Shown: piece after piece, positions 30,833 through 41,023 of the stretch | How positions within the stretch are numbered: position 1 is the stretch's first letter | How the letters are laid out: the number at the start of each line of letters is the position of its first letter | From: a virus | Lineage: Duplodnaviria > Heunggongvirae > Uroviricota > Caudoviricetes | Virus record (IMG/VR): IMGVR_UViG_3300020050_007388 | Span: 15,730-79,729 of that record | DNA length: 64,000 bases | Reading direction: 5' to 3' (one strand) | The notes under the pieces: model-generated | Told to the model about the DNA's origin: nothing | What the model saw: the letters and a program-made list of their open reading frames with translations, nothing else | Databases searched by the model: none | Position numbers and translations under genes: made by a program

Positions 30833-31650
30833 TCAAATTCAATATTAAAACTTCCTAAATATGGAGCAAGTTTTTCAACTGCTGTATCTAACTCTTTATT
30901 TAAAAACTCTGAAGCTTTTGCTGCAATTCTAGTTTTAATCCAGGGAATTTGTATCATGTCTTTAAAACTTAATTCAGATACACCACTTCCACAATTTCTA
31001 GTTCGCAAATATCTTGGAACATTTTCCAATCTCATTGTAAGCATTCGATTTTCTGAATTAAATCCGTTTTCAAAATACAAAAGGCATAAGATAAACAAGA
31101 ATGATTTTTCTATATCACATGTATCAATCATTTTTGAAACAATACCAATATCAGATTTTATCAAATCTATAATACTATCATAATTTGATTCATCAATTAC
31201 AATACCTGAGTTGATATACTTAGTAACTTCTGATTCAAATACAACTTTAGGTTTATGATTCAATTGACTAAACCAAAACCATTGTTGTATAGTTGTTAAA
31301 TACTCTACTCCAAACTTACTAATATTGAACATCACATCTTCAGCCTCATGTAATGGAATATTAGGACTAATTTTATTTCCAATCATCCCTAATCCTTCAT
31401 GAGGAAATATTAGATTTGGATTTACAACAATAGTATTAGCCTTGTCTAATTTAATAACTCTTTGGAATTTACCTTCAGCAATATCCAATAGATCTCTTCT
31501 AAATTTTACATCTTTAAAAAAGAAAATATTGTCATTAGGTGTGATTTCACCAGATTCAGCACTTACATACTGTTTGATAAATCTTATCAAACTAAGATTT
31601 ACATATACATCTCCAGACGACTGAAGTGAAATTAATTTAGGTTCTGCCAT
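30823..31650 (-). CDS. hypothetical protein (275 aa)
   Basis: ORF only. Confidence 0.5.
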   Translation of the reverse strand: MAEPKLISLQSSGDVYVNLSLIRFIKQYVSAESGEITPNDNIFFFKDVKFRRDLLDIAEGKFQRVIKLDKANTIVVNPNLIFPHEGLGMIGNKISPNIPLHEAEDVMFNISKFGVEYLTTIQQWFWFSQLNHKPKVVFESEVTKYINSGIVIDESNYDSIIDLIKSDIGIVSKMIDTCDIEKSFLFILCLLYFENGFNSENRMLTMRLENVPRYLRTRNCGSGVSELSFKDMIQIPWIKTRIAAKASEFLNKELDTAVEKLAPYLGSFNIEFEWK

Positions 31651-32882
31651 TATGCCATTATTCTTTTAAGGATTTCAGGATGCACAGGGATATTCTGTAA
31701 TTTAGCACTTTGTTCTTTTGCTTTTGGAGTAATAAATTGTCTAGCCATAAAAAACTTTAAATCATCTGAGAAACAAGTATGTAAGATCATATCAATAACT
31801 TTCTGATTTTCATCTTTTCCCCATTTATCATGATTTCCATAAATAACGTAGTTGGTAATACGAGATGCCATAATACTTGCTGTAGCTGGATTATAAGCAT
31901 CTTTTGTAGTATAATTACCACAAACTTTATTTAACATACCCAAAGCTTCTTTAGATTCTGCTTTAAGTAGATCTTTTGGATGAGGTAGTTGGTCTAAACG
32001 ATTATTAACAAAACTGATAAAATGATCTGTAAAAGCATTACCTACAGCACCATCTCCACAAATTTTAACATAACTCAAACTTTCAGAAAAGTTCTTTAGA
32101 CAACCAATATCATTAAAGAACTTAGTCATACTTCTTGCATTATAATCTTTAGATCCACCAATACCATCATGTTTTTCACTAAACAATTCTGCATTGTTTA
32201 AAACAAAGTTTATACATCTTCCATCCAAATTAACAGACTCAGCCCATTGTGCCCAAGATTGAACATCAAATACCATCTCTACGTATCTCATACGAGTTTT
32301 CTGAGCTGTATCTAAACTGGCTACAGAATATTCTCCATTATCTGGATTTGTAGTCAAAATAATAACTGTATTTTTAGGTAACTCCCAACTACCATATCTA
32401 TATTCTTCTACCAAAGTCATACATGCTTGCATAACCATTGGAAAACCTCTAGTAAAATCATCCAGTAAAAGAATAAACTTTTCTTCAGGATTCACATTCT
32501 TCAACCAATGAGGTTCAGCATATGCCATTCTAGTTTCTCCGGTAAACACTCCTGTCTTAGAAGCATCATCTGAAAATTCTGCAGGAACCCAATTAAAATC
32601 CCCATCATGATCTTTAAACCTAAATTGTTTTTCTGGAAATCCAGTTAAGTGACCCAAATCATCTATCATTGCAGCATTAATTTGGTGAAAAGCATATCCC
32701 TTTTCCTTAGCTATTTGTTTAATAAGAGATGTTTTAGCAATACCCGCTTTACCTTCAATACAAATAGCTGAAGGTCTATCCCCTTTTGATATTTGATGCT
32801 CGCAGTTACTAAGATACTGCATCAAGTGTTCATGTGTTTGTGCAGGAGTTAATTTGATTCTAGAGCCTTTTTCCTTACTCAT
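31650..32882 (-). CDS. MoxR/CobS-like AAA+ ATPase
   Basis: Walker A IEGKAGIAKTSLIKQIA, Walker B ILLLDDFTRG, and the following region (LVEEYRYGSWELPKNTVIILTTNP) typical of MoxR/CbbQ/CobS AAA proteins. Adjacent to a VWA protein. Confidence 0.6.
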   Translation of the reverse strand: MSKEKGSRIKLTPAQTHEHLMQYLSNCEHQISKGDRPSAICIEGKAGIAKTSLIKQIAKEKGYAFHQINAAMIDDLGHLTGFPEKQFRFKDHDGDFNWVPAEFSDDASKTGVFTGETRMAYAEPHWLKNVNPEEKFILLLDDFTRGFPMVMQACMTLVEEYRYGSWELPKNTVIILTTNPDNGEYSVASLDTAQKTRMRYVEMVFDVQSWAQWAESVNLDGRCINFVLNNAELFSEKHDGIGGSKDYNARSMTKFFNDIGCLKNFSESLSYVKICGDGAVGNAFTDHFISFVNNRLDQLPHPKDLLKAESKEALGMLNKVCGNYTTKDAYNPATASIMASRITNYVIYGNHDKWGKDENQKVIDMILHTCFSDDLKFFMARQFITPKAKEQSAKLQNIPVHPEILKRIMA

Positions 32883-32926
32883 TTTCTAAATTTTGTTCGT
32901 TATATTTAAGTTGTTATAAAACCAAT

Positions 32927-34138
32927 TTATTTTTCAATAATTAATTTTTTACCATTATGCTCCCTAATGGCATTAGGACTTCCATTGCTACTAATAACCC
33001 ACAACATAGGTCTTACAGCATTAGGTGGACATTCAGCATATCCATCTGTAAAGTATATCATACAGCTATATTCTGTATGTGCATTAAAATATTCTAATTG
33101 AGGTGTGAAATAAGTTCCACCTCTACCATGAATCACAATATCACTTTGACCTTTATAGACATAAGGATCATAAATTTGTGTATCAGCACACAAAATAGTA
33201 ATTGTATGTCCAAACTTCCACAAGTTGTAAATCTCTGACATAAACTCTCCCAATTCTCTATTGGAAACTGAACCTGATGTATCTATACAACACAAGACAT
33301 TCTGTTTTAGTTTAATCTTATTACTTGGAGTTCCTGGAAAATATGGATTTGGTTTAAACCTAGTAGGTTTAACATAAACCTCTTGTGAATTACCAGTCCA
33401 TTGACGCAGAAATTTTTTCCAATCAAATCTAGGTGGAATCTTTTTAAGAGCAATTAATCCGGAGATTTCTCCAGGTGTTGAACCAGGTCTAATTTTCTCA
33501 CATTCTTGTGAAACATGATCCATTAAGTACTCAATTTGATTTTGCACCACAGCTTTATCTGCATCAGATAGTTCATCAAACTTATCCCAAAAGTGCTCAT
33601 TATTACCTAAGTCATAATCTTCTTTTACTTTTCCATCTAAAGCTTTATAATAATAATCTCTACCTTGTTTCTCAAGAAGATTTAATCCAAATTCATTCTT
33701 TAATAATTCTAAGGTAATTCCGCCTTTAGGTAAATGTTTTGGATTAATATACTGATTAATCTCGGCATCTGTGGCTATATTATCCCTTTTATGATCTGCA
33801 TATTTGTCTTGTGTTACAAGATGCATAAAACATAGGTGTAACATCTCATGTTTACATACACCAAATCTTTCATCAAGACTCAAACTAAACCAAAATTCTG
33901 GATTAATGTATAGTACCACATTTATTCCATTTAAACCTACAGCTAAAGTTGGAACTTCTGCAGTCTCTTGTTTGTCCAAAGACATCATAAACATTCCATA
34001 ATATGGATCTGATGTTAATAATTTTTTTAGGACGTATCCTACATTTTCATATAACGATTCTTTCATTTTGGATAAAATGGTAAATTTATTAATCTTCGTT
34101 TTACAACTTTTTTCAAAGTAGATCCTACAATAGGACAA
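32927..34138 (-). CDS. VWA-domain protein with N-terminal putative HExxH metallopeptidase domain (DUF2201/CobT-like)
   Basis: CKHEMLHLCFMH (HExxH) in the N-terminal half. MIDAS-like CCIDTSGSVSNRELGEFMSEI (DxSGS) in the C-terminal half. Partner of the upstream AAA protein. Confidence 0.6.
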   Translation of the reverse strand: MSYCRIYFEKSCKTKINKFTILSKMKESLYENVGYVLKKLLTSDPYYGMFMMSLDKQETAEVPTLAVGLNGINVVLYINPEFWFSLSLDERFGVCKHEMLHLCFMHLVTQDKYADHKRDNIATDAEINQYINPKHLPKGGITLELLKNEFGLNLLEKQGRDYYYKALDGKVKEDYDLGNNEHFWDKFDELSDADKAVVQNQIEYLMDHVSQECEKIRPGSTPGEISGLIALKKIPPRFDWKKFLRQWTGNSQEVYVKPTRFKPNPYFPGTPSNKIKLKQNVLCCIDTSGSVSNRELGEFMSEIYNLWKFGHTITILCADTQIYDPYVYKGQSDIVIHGRGGTYFTPQLEYFNAHTEYSCMIYFTDGYAECPPNAVRPMLWVISSNGSPNAIREHNGKKLIIEK

Positions 34139-34395
34139 TTGGAATAAAAACTTACGTAAAATCTAATTCTTAATCCTGTTAACTTAGACTTTTCTTCTCT
34201 AATGAGATCTAAGCTTTTATTCATTTGTTCCAATAATACCTTTTCTTGAGGTGTAATTAATGGATGGCTTAAATCAACATTCCAACCCCTAATTACTTTA
34301 TAACGGATATAGTTTCTAGCTTTATTGATAGCTTGTACAGAAGTATAAACTCTTGGTTCCTTTACAACTTCAGTTGTTTCAAATTCTCTAAGCAT
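34063..34395 (-). CDS. hypothetical protein (110 aa)
   Basis: ORF. Overlaps the start of the VWA gene by ~75 nt. Confidence 0.35.
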   Translation of the reverse strand: MLREFETTEVVKEPRVYTSVQAINKARNYIRYKVIRGWNVDLSHPLITPQEKVLLEQMNKSLDLIREEKSKLTGLRIRFYVSFYSNCPIVGSTLKKVVKRRLINLPFYPK

Positions 34396-35423
34396 TATTT
34401 CCCTTTACTTTTTAAGAAATTATCTATATCTATTTTTTTATCTGGGCTTGGTAATTCTTCATACTTAGAGCTACTACCATGAAAATACATTCCTTTTACA
34501 ATACCTTCATCACCGTCTCTATGTTTGAGAATATATACCAACCTTAAATTTTCACTTAAACGTTTAATATCATATCCTCCATCAGGACTACCTTTAATTC
34601 TATGAGGACCAAATAAACCTAAGACAACAGCATATTCTTGTTGCACTATTTTATTTACTCCTAACTTATCTAAAGTCGGTTCAGGTGTTCCAAATCTCAT
34701 ATTCTCAGTGCTTCCGGCAGTTGCTTCTTGTTGATGAACAGCTAAAAATATAATATTGTATTTTTTACAGATAAACTTTACTGCATACTCAGCCAATTTA
34801 TTTATTGCATCAAAAGTAGTATTTACCTGACTATAAGGATTCTTTTCTGGAGTAACCAACTTCATATGATCTACAATAACCATTACTTGGGTATCAGGAT
34901 CATTATATGTGTAATCAAAACTATTCCATTTATTTCCAAATTCATCAGTATCTGTAATACCTTCCGTTTTAGTACCAATTGTGGCCATAAACTTAGCTAT
35001 AGTTTTATAGATACCTGTTGGATTACTTACATAATCTATTGGAATAATACATTTTTTCATTTCTTGTAACTCAGGTTCAATATCTCTTAATGCTTGAGCA
35101 TGAGCTTCTGTAAATCCTTCGTGATAACCCTTATACTGATAATAAGTTAGTTGTAAACCATATCTTTCAACAATTAGATCACATTGAATGGTGATCCAAA
35201 ACTTTTCAATAGATTCTTCTAAGCAAAAATATAAACAATAAAAAGGCATGTCATTGGCTTTACAATAATTATATCCATGAAACAAAAAAGCATATTTACT
35301 AAACTTAGTTTTACCAACACCTGATCCTGCAGTTACACAATGAAATATTCCTTTTAACCATCCAGGAATAACCTTAAACAAATCTGGGAATAATCCCTCT
35401 ATACTTATAAACTTAGGTTTCAT
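34395..35423 (-). CDS. DnaB-family replicative helicase (RecA-like C-terminal domain only)
   Basis: Walker A TAGSGVGKTKFS, Walker-B-like MVIVDHMKLV, AVHQQ (H3-like), and ILKHRDGDEG resembling the DnaB H4 motif KHRNG. Confidence 0.5.
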   Translation of the reverse strand: MKPKFISIEGLFPDLFKVIPGWLKGIFHCVTAGSGVGKTKFSKYAFLFHGYNYCKANDMPFYCLYFCLEESIEKFWITIQCDLIVERYGLQLTYYQYKGYHEGFTEAHAQALRDIEPELQEMKKCIIPIDYVSNPTGIYKTIAKFMATIGTKTEGITDTDEFGNKWNSFDYTYNDPDTQVMVIVDHMKLVTPEKNPYSQVNTTFDAINKLAEYAVKFICKKYNIIFLAVHQQEATAGSTENMRFGTPEPTLDKLGVNKIVQQEYAVVLGLFGPHRIKGSPDGGYDIKRLSENLRLVYILKHRDGDEGIVKGMYFHGSSSKYEELPSPDKKIDIDNFLKSKGK

Positions 35424-35701
35424 TTTAAGGGATGTCTTTTTACAAAATGTTTATATGCATGGAAATAAGAACTATTAGAACTTTCAAGCAATTTTCGATC
35501 TCTTCTAACATTCCAATACTTAAACCGTTTTTGTATACTTTTTCTAAAATTAGAAACTTTATATAACTCTGAAATTTCACCAGCTTTTACAATTTGTAAC
35601 ATTAATTCATCTTCAGGTTCTAAAGTCGAAGATGCATAATTAAGACCAAATCTGTAATAATTTAGATCTTCTATAAATTCATAATACTCTCGGTCCTTCA
35701 T
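35420..35701 (-). CDS. hypothetical protein (93 aa)
   Basis: ORF only. Confidence 0.4.
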   Translation of the reverse strand: MKDREYYEFIEDLNYYRFGLNYASSTLEPEDELMLQIVKAGEISELYKVSNFRKSIQKRFKYWNVRRDRKLLESSNSSYFHAYKHFVKRHPLK

Positions 35702-36008
35702 AATATTTTAATCTTTCTTTTAAAGCATTTCTGAATACATAGTTATTATGTAACTGTATATGAGGAATGTTCTGAATAAGTTCTACTAAAAATTTATCAT
35801 CTTCAGGTACTCTATCTGAATTCACATACATAGGATCAATCAGCTCTCTAAATCCAGGGCTGTATGTGAATGAATCATACACTCGCAGCTTAGTATCAGG
35901 TAGTTCTTTTAAATAACTTATGTATTTTTTCAAACTACCTATAAACTTAACTACCTTAGCGATTCCAGCTCTTCTTTTCTTCCTTAGTTTACTTCTAGAA
36001 TAACTCAT
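35679..36008 (-). CDS. hypothetical protein (109 aa)
   Basis: ORF only. Confidence 0.4.
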   Translation of the reverse strand: MSYSRSKLRKKRRAGIAKVVKFIGSLKKYISYLKELPDTKLRVYDSFTYSPGFRELIDPMYVNSDRVPEDDKFLVELIQNIPHIQLHNNYVFRNALKERLKYYEGPRVL

Positions 36009-36562
36009 ATCATCTTATAGGTTCTTTCTGTAGATTGACTAGACATATCTTGTTCTTCAAAAGCTATCTTTAGTAGACTAATTTCATTACCTTCTTTATC
36101 TAATTTACTAATAAAATTATCTGCATTAGAAATAACTTTAAAATCAGTATAAGACATATAGGCTTTGGTAACTAATAATACGTCGTCAAAAGATTTTTGA
36201 TTCTGGATACAGAATTGAGTTAACATAGTAATCACCTTCTGTTTCTCTCCAATACTACCAGATCTAATACCTTTAAACATAGATCTATACTCATCTATTC
36301 TTTCTCGAACTTCTTGTTCTATAACTGCTTCATAATCAACATTTAACTCTACAACCTCACCATCATAAATTCCCACTAAAGGAATTATAGTATTAGTCAT
36401 AAAGTTTAACTTAATCATTTTTTCTTTATCTAGAAACTGAAAAGTTTCTTCTGAACATCTATATTTTAAACCATGTCTACAAGCCAATAAATACAAAATG
36501 CATTCATCAGCATTCTGACCTTTAGATTCAAAATACGGTTTTAATTTATCATCTAATTTCAT
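36005..36562 (-). CDS. hypothetical protein (185 aa)
   Basis: ORF only. Confidence 0.5.
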   Translation of the reverse strand: MKLDDKLKPYFESKGQNADECILYLLACRHGLKYRCSEETFQFLDKEKMIKLNFMTNTIIPLVGIYDGEVVELNVDYEAVIEQEVRERIDEYRSMFKGIRSGSIGEKQKVITMLTQFCIQNQKSFDDVLLVTKAYMSYTDFKVISNADNFISKLDKEGNEISLLKIAFEEQDMSSQSTERTYKMI

Positions 36563-36863
36563 TGAAGTCTAAATCTTTTACAACTTGATCTATAAATAAT
36601 AGTGCTCTTTCATATAATACATCTGATTCAATAATCATTCGACTGTTTATATCAAAAAACAATTCTATAATTAAAGCTGCATCAAAGTAAGTACTATTTA
36701 CATGTTCTTGTCCCATCATGGCTTTTGACATATTAAAACACCTGAGAAATAACATGGAAATTTCATTTTTTGGTTGGTCTATTGATAATAAATACCCGAT
36801 TCCATTTGGATACCTTTCTCTGAAAAAGCGTAAATAAGAAGCACTCGTCAAATCTTTTCTCAT
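36549..36863 (-). CDS. hypothetical protein (104 aa)
   Basis: ORF only. Confidence 0.4.
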   Translation of the reverse strand: MRKDLTSASYLRFFRERYPNGIGYLLSIDQPKNEISMLFLRCFNMSKAMMGQEHVNSTYFDAALIIELFFDINSRMIIESDVLYERALLFIDQVVKDLDFNEIR

Positions 36864-36865
36864 AA

Positions 36866-37183
36866 CTATTTTTTTGCTAAATCCATGTAATCTTCATCTC
36901 CAACAACATTGTTAAACATTTTCCACCAAAGTTTGAACATTCTCCAATATAACGTATCATTCTTGTTCATAATTTCAAAATCTAAGTTTTTAATTATGTC
37001 TAATAGAACAATATCACTTTCTGTAAAATCTAATGTATAATCGTCTTCAAATTCTTCAATACCATCTTTACAAAGATCTACAGCAACAGTTTTTTGATTA
37101 AGTGTAAATAAAATAAATGTTATAATTAATATAATGGATTTTGAAAATATTTTTATCAAATAAAATTTAAGTATGTACGGCAT
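36866..37183 (-). CDS. small membrane/secreted protein (105 aa)
   Basis: Hydrophobic N-terminus ILIITFILFTL. Confidence 0.4.
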   Translation of the reverse strand: MPYILKFYLIKIFSKSIILIITFILFTLNQKTVAVDLCKDGIEEFEDDYTLDFTESDIVLLDIIKNLDFEIMNKNDTLYWRMFKLWWKMFNNVVGDEDYMDLAKK

Positions 37184-37204
37184 TTTAAAATAATTTATGA
37201 AAGA

Positions 37205-37513
37205 TCAATCTTTAAATAAATAATTGTATGTGCTTAAGCTTGCAAAAAACCTATACATAGACTCAAACTTTCTCATAAGCTCTTTGTTTTCCAATATTAT
37301 TTCTGGATCCACACTTTGTAATATTTCCATCAATAGTTTATCGTCAGAAGTTATAAAATAATCACTTGCGTGCACCTTTTGTTTAAAAATTGAAAGTAAT
37401 ACATTAAAACTGTTTACTGTTTTAGGTGTAGACCAAACAATCATTCTGTCTAACCGAATTTGTTGACCTCTTAAAACAATTGTAAAACATCTAGTAATAT
37501 CAGGTGTAAACAC
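37205..37513 (-). CDS. hypothetical protein (102 aa)
   Basis: ORF only. Confidence 0.4.
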   Translation of the reverse strand: MFTPDITRCFTIVLRGQQIRLDRMIVWSTPKTVNSFNVLLSIFKQKVHASDYFITSDDKLLMEILQSVDPEIILENKELMRKFESMYRFFASLSTYNYLFKD

Positions 37514-39122
37514 TGTAACTCAACTTTTTATTAACAATCCAAATAGACATCAATCTTTCTAAAATAAAAGTGTGAAATGGATAGTAGTCCAACCCTGTAT
37601 ACTTCTTTAAGTCTTCAGAGTTTAATCCAGTTTTATAACCAGCATCTTTCCAACATAATTCTCTAATTTCAGAATCTGTTTCCATTATGTCAATAGCTTT
37701 CTTAAGAACTTCTACATAATCTTTGTACACATTTGCTTTGGCTGCAAAGAAATTAGAATATATTGTCAGAATATTATCTGGCGGAATTACTAGTTCCAAC
37801 TTTTGACAAACCTTTATAAATATATCCATAAATCCAGGATGTTGTTGTTCGGTCCACAATAGATAGTTGTCTGATTGATTACAAAATACAACTACGTCTG
37901 AATCTTCATTATTTAAAATTTCTTCAACATACTTTCTGTAAAATCCAGTTTTATGTGGAAACTTATGACTAAAAAATGCTAAGTAGGAATCTTTACTATA
38001 GGTTTCCCAACATTCTACATATTCTATAATCTTATTATACTCAAATAGATAACTCTTTTCGTCTATTGTTGAAATATGATTATTAATTCTTTTATATTCA
38101 ACGTTTTGTTTAGAATTATAAGTGATAGAATATAAGTCGTGTTTATCTTCCAACTTAGGTTGTATTTTATTAAAGACTTCTAATCTAGAATCAACACAGT
38201 CTTTTTGATAATTTAGCTTAGACATGTACATGGCTCCCTTTAAGATATTCTCCTCTAATCTACTTGCGATAATTTCAAGTCTGTTATTATGATAAAATGC
38301 AAAGGTGGCAAATAGTTTTAAACTATAAGCATTTTCCCAACCAGTTTTATCTTCATACTCATCACTTACTATTGGTACAACACCTTTAGTAAAACATTCC
38401 AAAATCTTTACACCGCTTCTACCTTTATTAATGTTTGTATCTAACAAAGGCATTAACATATAATCTAAGTTGTCATACAAAGACATGTATTCTTCTGGAG
38501 ATTTAGCTTTATATATTTTACAAGTTTTAAACATTTTACTAACATCCTGCCACTTAGGATTTTTAGCATCATATCCAATAATTGCAAATTCACAATTCTT
38601 TTTAAACCATTTATCTTTTTCTAATTCTTTAATTAATTTAGACAAAGACATATAATCTTCATAATGACTAATACTCCCACCAATTCCAAATACTAATTTA
38701 GAATTAGTTTTAACAGGTTTAGGTGTAAACTGTCCATGACCTACAGGAATTAAGTTTGGAATAACAGTTATATTTTTATTCCATTCCATTATGTCTTGTA
38801 CTAAATATTCAGTGCTGCAGATTACATGATCTGCTAACAGACACAAGTGTTGACTTAAAAATACAGAATATGTAAATTTTTCACCTAACTTCCAAGTATC
38901 ATCAACATCTGCTATAATTTTAAATCCATATTTTTCACGCCAAATACTCAATTGAGTAAGAGCTGTTTTACTATTCCAGTGAATGTAAAGAATGTCACAA
39001 TTGGAAACTAACTCTTCAGTTAATTCTTGAACAAGAGTAACATTCTCTACAAACTCTGACCACAGTTTAACTCTATGATAAGATCCTCCTGATTTAGGAT
39101 TGTAAACTGCTGTTATTTTCAT
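37500..39122 (-). CDS. glycosyltransferase, GT-B fold (GT4-like N-terminal domain) with C-terminal extension (540 aa)
   Basis: GRSGVKILECFTKGVVPIVSDEYED resembles the GT4 E-x7-E / G-x-P-V-I signature. ~280-aa C-terminal domain of unknown function. Confidence 0.4.
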   Translation of the reverse strand: MKITAVYNPKSGGSYHRVKLWSEFVENVTLVQELTEELVSNCDILYIHWNSKTALTQLSIWREKYGFKIIADVDDTWKLGEKFTYSVFLSQHLCLLADHVICSTEYLVQDIMEWNKNITVIPNLIPVGHGQFTPKPVKTNSKLVFGIGGSISHYEDYMSLSKLIKELEKDKWFKKNCEFAIIGYDAKNPKWQDVSKMFKTCKIYKAKSPEEYMSLYDNLDYMLMPLLDTNINKGRSGVKILECFTKGVVPIVSDEYEDKTGWENAYSLKLFATFAFYHNNRLEIIASRLEENILKGAMYMSKLNYQKDCVDSRLEVFNKIQPKLEDKHDLYSITYNSKQNVEYKRINNHISTIDEKSYLFEYNKIIEYVECWETYSKDSYLAFFSHKFPHKTGFYRKYVEEILNNEDSDVVVFCNQSDNYLLWTEQQHPGFMDIFIKVCQKLELVIPPDNILTIYSNFFAAKANVYKDYVEVLKKAIDIMETDSEIRELCWKDAGYKTGLNSEDLKKYTGLDYYPFHTFILERLMSIWIVNKKLSYSVYT

Positions 39123-39450
39123 TACATCTTTCTACAAACTTAATTACTGTTTGCCATGTAGCATCTATTTTAGATACAGATTCTTGAGCAATTGTTTCAT
39201 ATAACAATAAATCTCCTTCAGCTACATGTTTAATACAGCAATATTGTTGCTCAATAATAACCATGTACATTCCACGAATTTCAATTTCTTCAATTCTTTC
39301 AACCACAGGCATTAGCCAATCCCAAGATGAATGATATTTTAATTGAAATCTTGGATAATAACCTTTTTGTCCAGGAAAAGACCAGCAATGTTGTTTATAA
39401 ACACCACCCATAAAATCAGCAATTAATCTGTTTCCTTCTTCTATACTCAT
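39094..39450 (-). CDS. hypothetical protein, paralog of 39613..40128
   Basis: Shares W-L-[MI]-PVVE-[RV]-IE and ATW..V..F[VI]E blocks with the 171-aa ORF two genes upstream. Confidence 0.45.
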   Translation of the reverse strand: MSIEEGNRLIADFMGGVYKQHCWSFPGQKGYYPRFQLKYHSSWDWLMPVVERIEEIEIRGMYMVIIEQQYCCIKHVAEGDLLLYETIAQESVSKIDATWQTVIKFVERCNENNSSLQS

Positions 39451-39677
39451 AATTTATATTCCTTTATTAATTCTTGAATCATCTCTTTATACTTAATCAT
39501 ATGAACTTCAGAAATTCTATATTGTTTCCAATCTGTAGTTTCATGTCTAAATATACAAGATGATATAATAAGATACTTTATTAGATCCTGTTCTTTAGCT
39601 ATTAGACAAAACTTAAATAATTGTGTTGTCTCCATTATGTATATCAGGCTTAAGATACCATTTATAAACTTCTTCAT
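39447..39677 (-). CDS. hypothetical protein (76 aa)
   Basis: ORF. Overlaps the 171-aa ORF's C-terminus by 65 nt, so uncertain. Confidence 0.3.
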   Translation of the reverse strand: MKKFINGILSLIYIMETTQLFKFCLIAKEQDLIKYLIISSCIFRHETTDWKQYRISEVHMIKYKEMIQELIKEYKL

Positions 39678-40128
39678 TTATCGGAAGTATTAAATTAATT
39701 TCTTTCCACAATTTTATAAACTCTACAACAGCTAACCATGTAGCTTTAACTTTAGTTTCTGCTGTAAAATTGCAATATTCTCTAGTTCTATCTTCAGCAT
39801 GATAAATTGTACAATTTGTATAATCAATTAAAACTCTAAAAGAATTATCTTGTAAAGTTTCAATAACTTCTACTACTGGTATCAACCAACCTAAATTATA
39901 GTGAAATTCAAATTCATCATCTCTTACACGTTGTGTAATATCTTTTGATTCAAATCTTCCATCAGTACTAACACTAGTCATAGCACTTACATATAGTGAT
40001 TGGTCAAATTTAGGAAATTTCTTTTGAAAACGAAAAACATTACAATCTTTCATATTAGGATAAGTTGGAGTAAACCCAACAAATTTTGCGATGAGAACAT
40101 TATTCTTTATAATTTCTTCAGGTGTCAT
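39613..40128 (-). CDS. hypothetical protein, paralog of 39094..39450
   Basis: See the paralogy blocks listed for 39094..39450. Confidence 0.5.
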   Translation of the reverse strand: MTPEEIIKNNVLIAKFVGFTPTYPNMKDCNVFRFQKKFPKFDQSLYVSAMTSVSTDGRFESKDITQRVRDDEFEFHYNLGWLIPVVEVIETLQDNSFRVLIDYTNCTIYHAEDRTREYCNFTAETKVKATWLAVVEFIKLWKEINLILPINEEVYKWYLKPDIHNGDNTII

Positions 40129-40984
40129 ACTTAATCCAATTTTTAGGATAATAATGTTCTGTGTTTATATGTCTCATATTTCCAGTATCACTAAATACTT
40201 TACCTGAATGGATCACTTTATTATATGTATTGTAAGTAGCCAACCATGCTTGCCACCAACTAAATGTTGAATTACCAATAATAAAATGATTCATTAATGA
40301 TCCAAGTATCAAATGTTCAGATGCATCACCATGATAATATTTGAAATTATCAGCATGAGTTTCTGTTCCATTTGGTTCAGCATATTGAAATGGAAAATCT
40401 TTAAAAATCTGTTTAGCCATCTTAATATCATCTGAAAATATAACAACAATATTTTCTTCTTCCCAATTTGGAAAATAAGTATTGAGTGCTGATATATACC
40501 AATCTGGATCTATTTGGTAAAAGTCTCCATGACCAATAAAGTCACCCAATCTAATACCTATACCAATTTGTTGTTTACCATGACCAAATAAGTGACCATA
40601 TTTCCAAATAACATCTGATTCAGCTTTATCTGTGAAATACAAATGATCTCTAACTCTATGTCTATAATTTTCAAACCATTTTTCAGATTGAAAAAATGAA
40701 TCTAAACTAACCACACAATTTCTATCTTTTTTAACAAGATTGTTGATTCTAATTTCTTCCTCCTTAGACCACTCCCAATCAGATTTAATAAAACTTGAAT
40801 CTGGAACAGTATCTGAATAATTCATTTTAAGAACTGGTGGCTGTCTTAAATATTGCCACAAATAGTATTCTTGTGGGTATGTAGTTACTTCTCCAAACTG
40901 TTCTTTCTTGGCCACAGACCAAGCGTACTTAAATAAGAAATTTCCTAAACGAAGCACGGAACCAAATTTCTCATGATAAATCAT
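40118..40984 (-). CDS. GT11-family glycosyltransferase (alpha-1,2-fucosyltransferase-like)
   Basis: GT11 motifs in order: LRLGNFLFKYAW (GGLGNQMFQYA-like), IGIRLGDF (HVRRGDY-like), NSTFSWWQAWLA (STFSWWAAWL-like). Confidence 0.65.
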   Translation of the reverse strand: MIYHEKFGSVLRLGNFLFKYAWSVAKKEQFGEVTTYPQEYYLWQYLRQPPVLKMNYSDTVPDSSFIKSDWEWSKEEEIRINNLVKKDRNCVVSLDSFFQSEKWFENYRHRVRDHLYFTDKAESDVIWKYGHLFGHGKQQIGIGIRLGDFIGHGDFYQIDPDWYISALNTYFPNWEEENIVVIFSDDIKMAKQIFKDFPFQYAEPNGTETHADNFKYYHGDASEHLILGSLMNHFIIGNSTFSWWQAWLATYNTYNKVIHSGKVFSDTGNMRHINTEHYYPKNWIKYDT

Positions 40985-41023
40985 ATCGTGTTTGTTTTAA
41001 AATTAAAGTGTTCTGTATATTTA

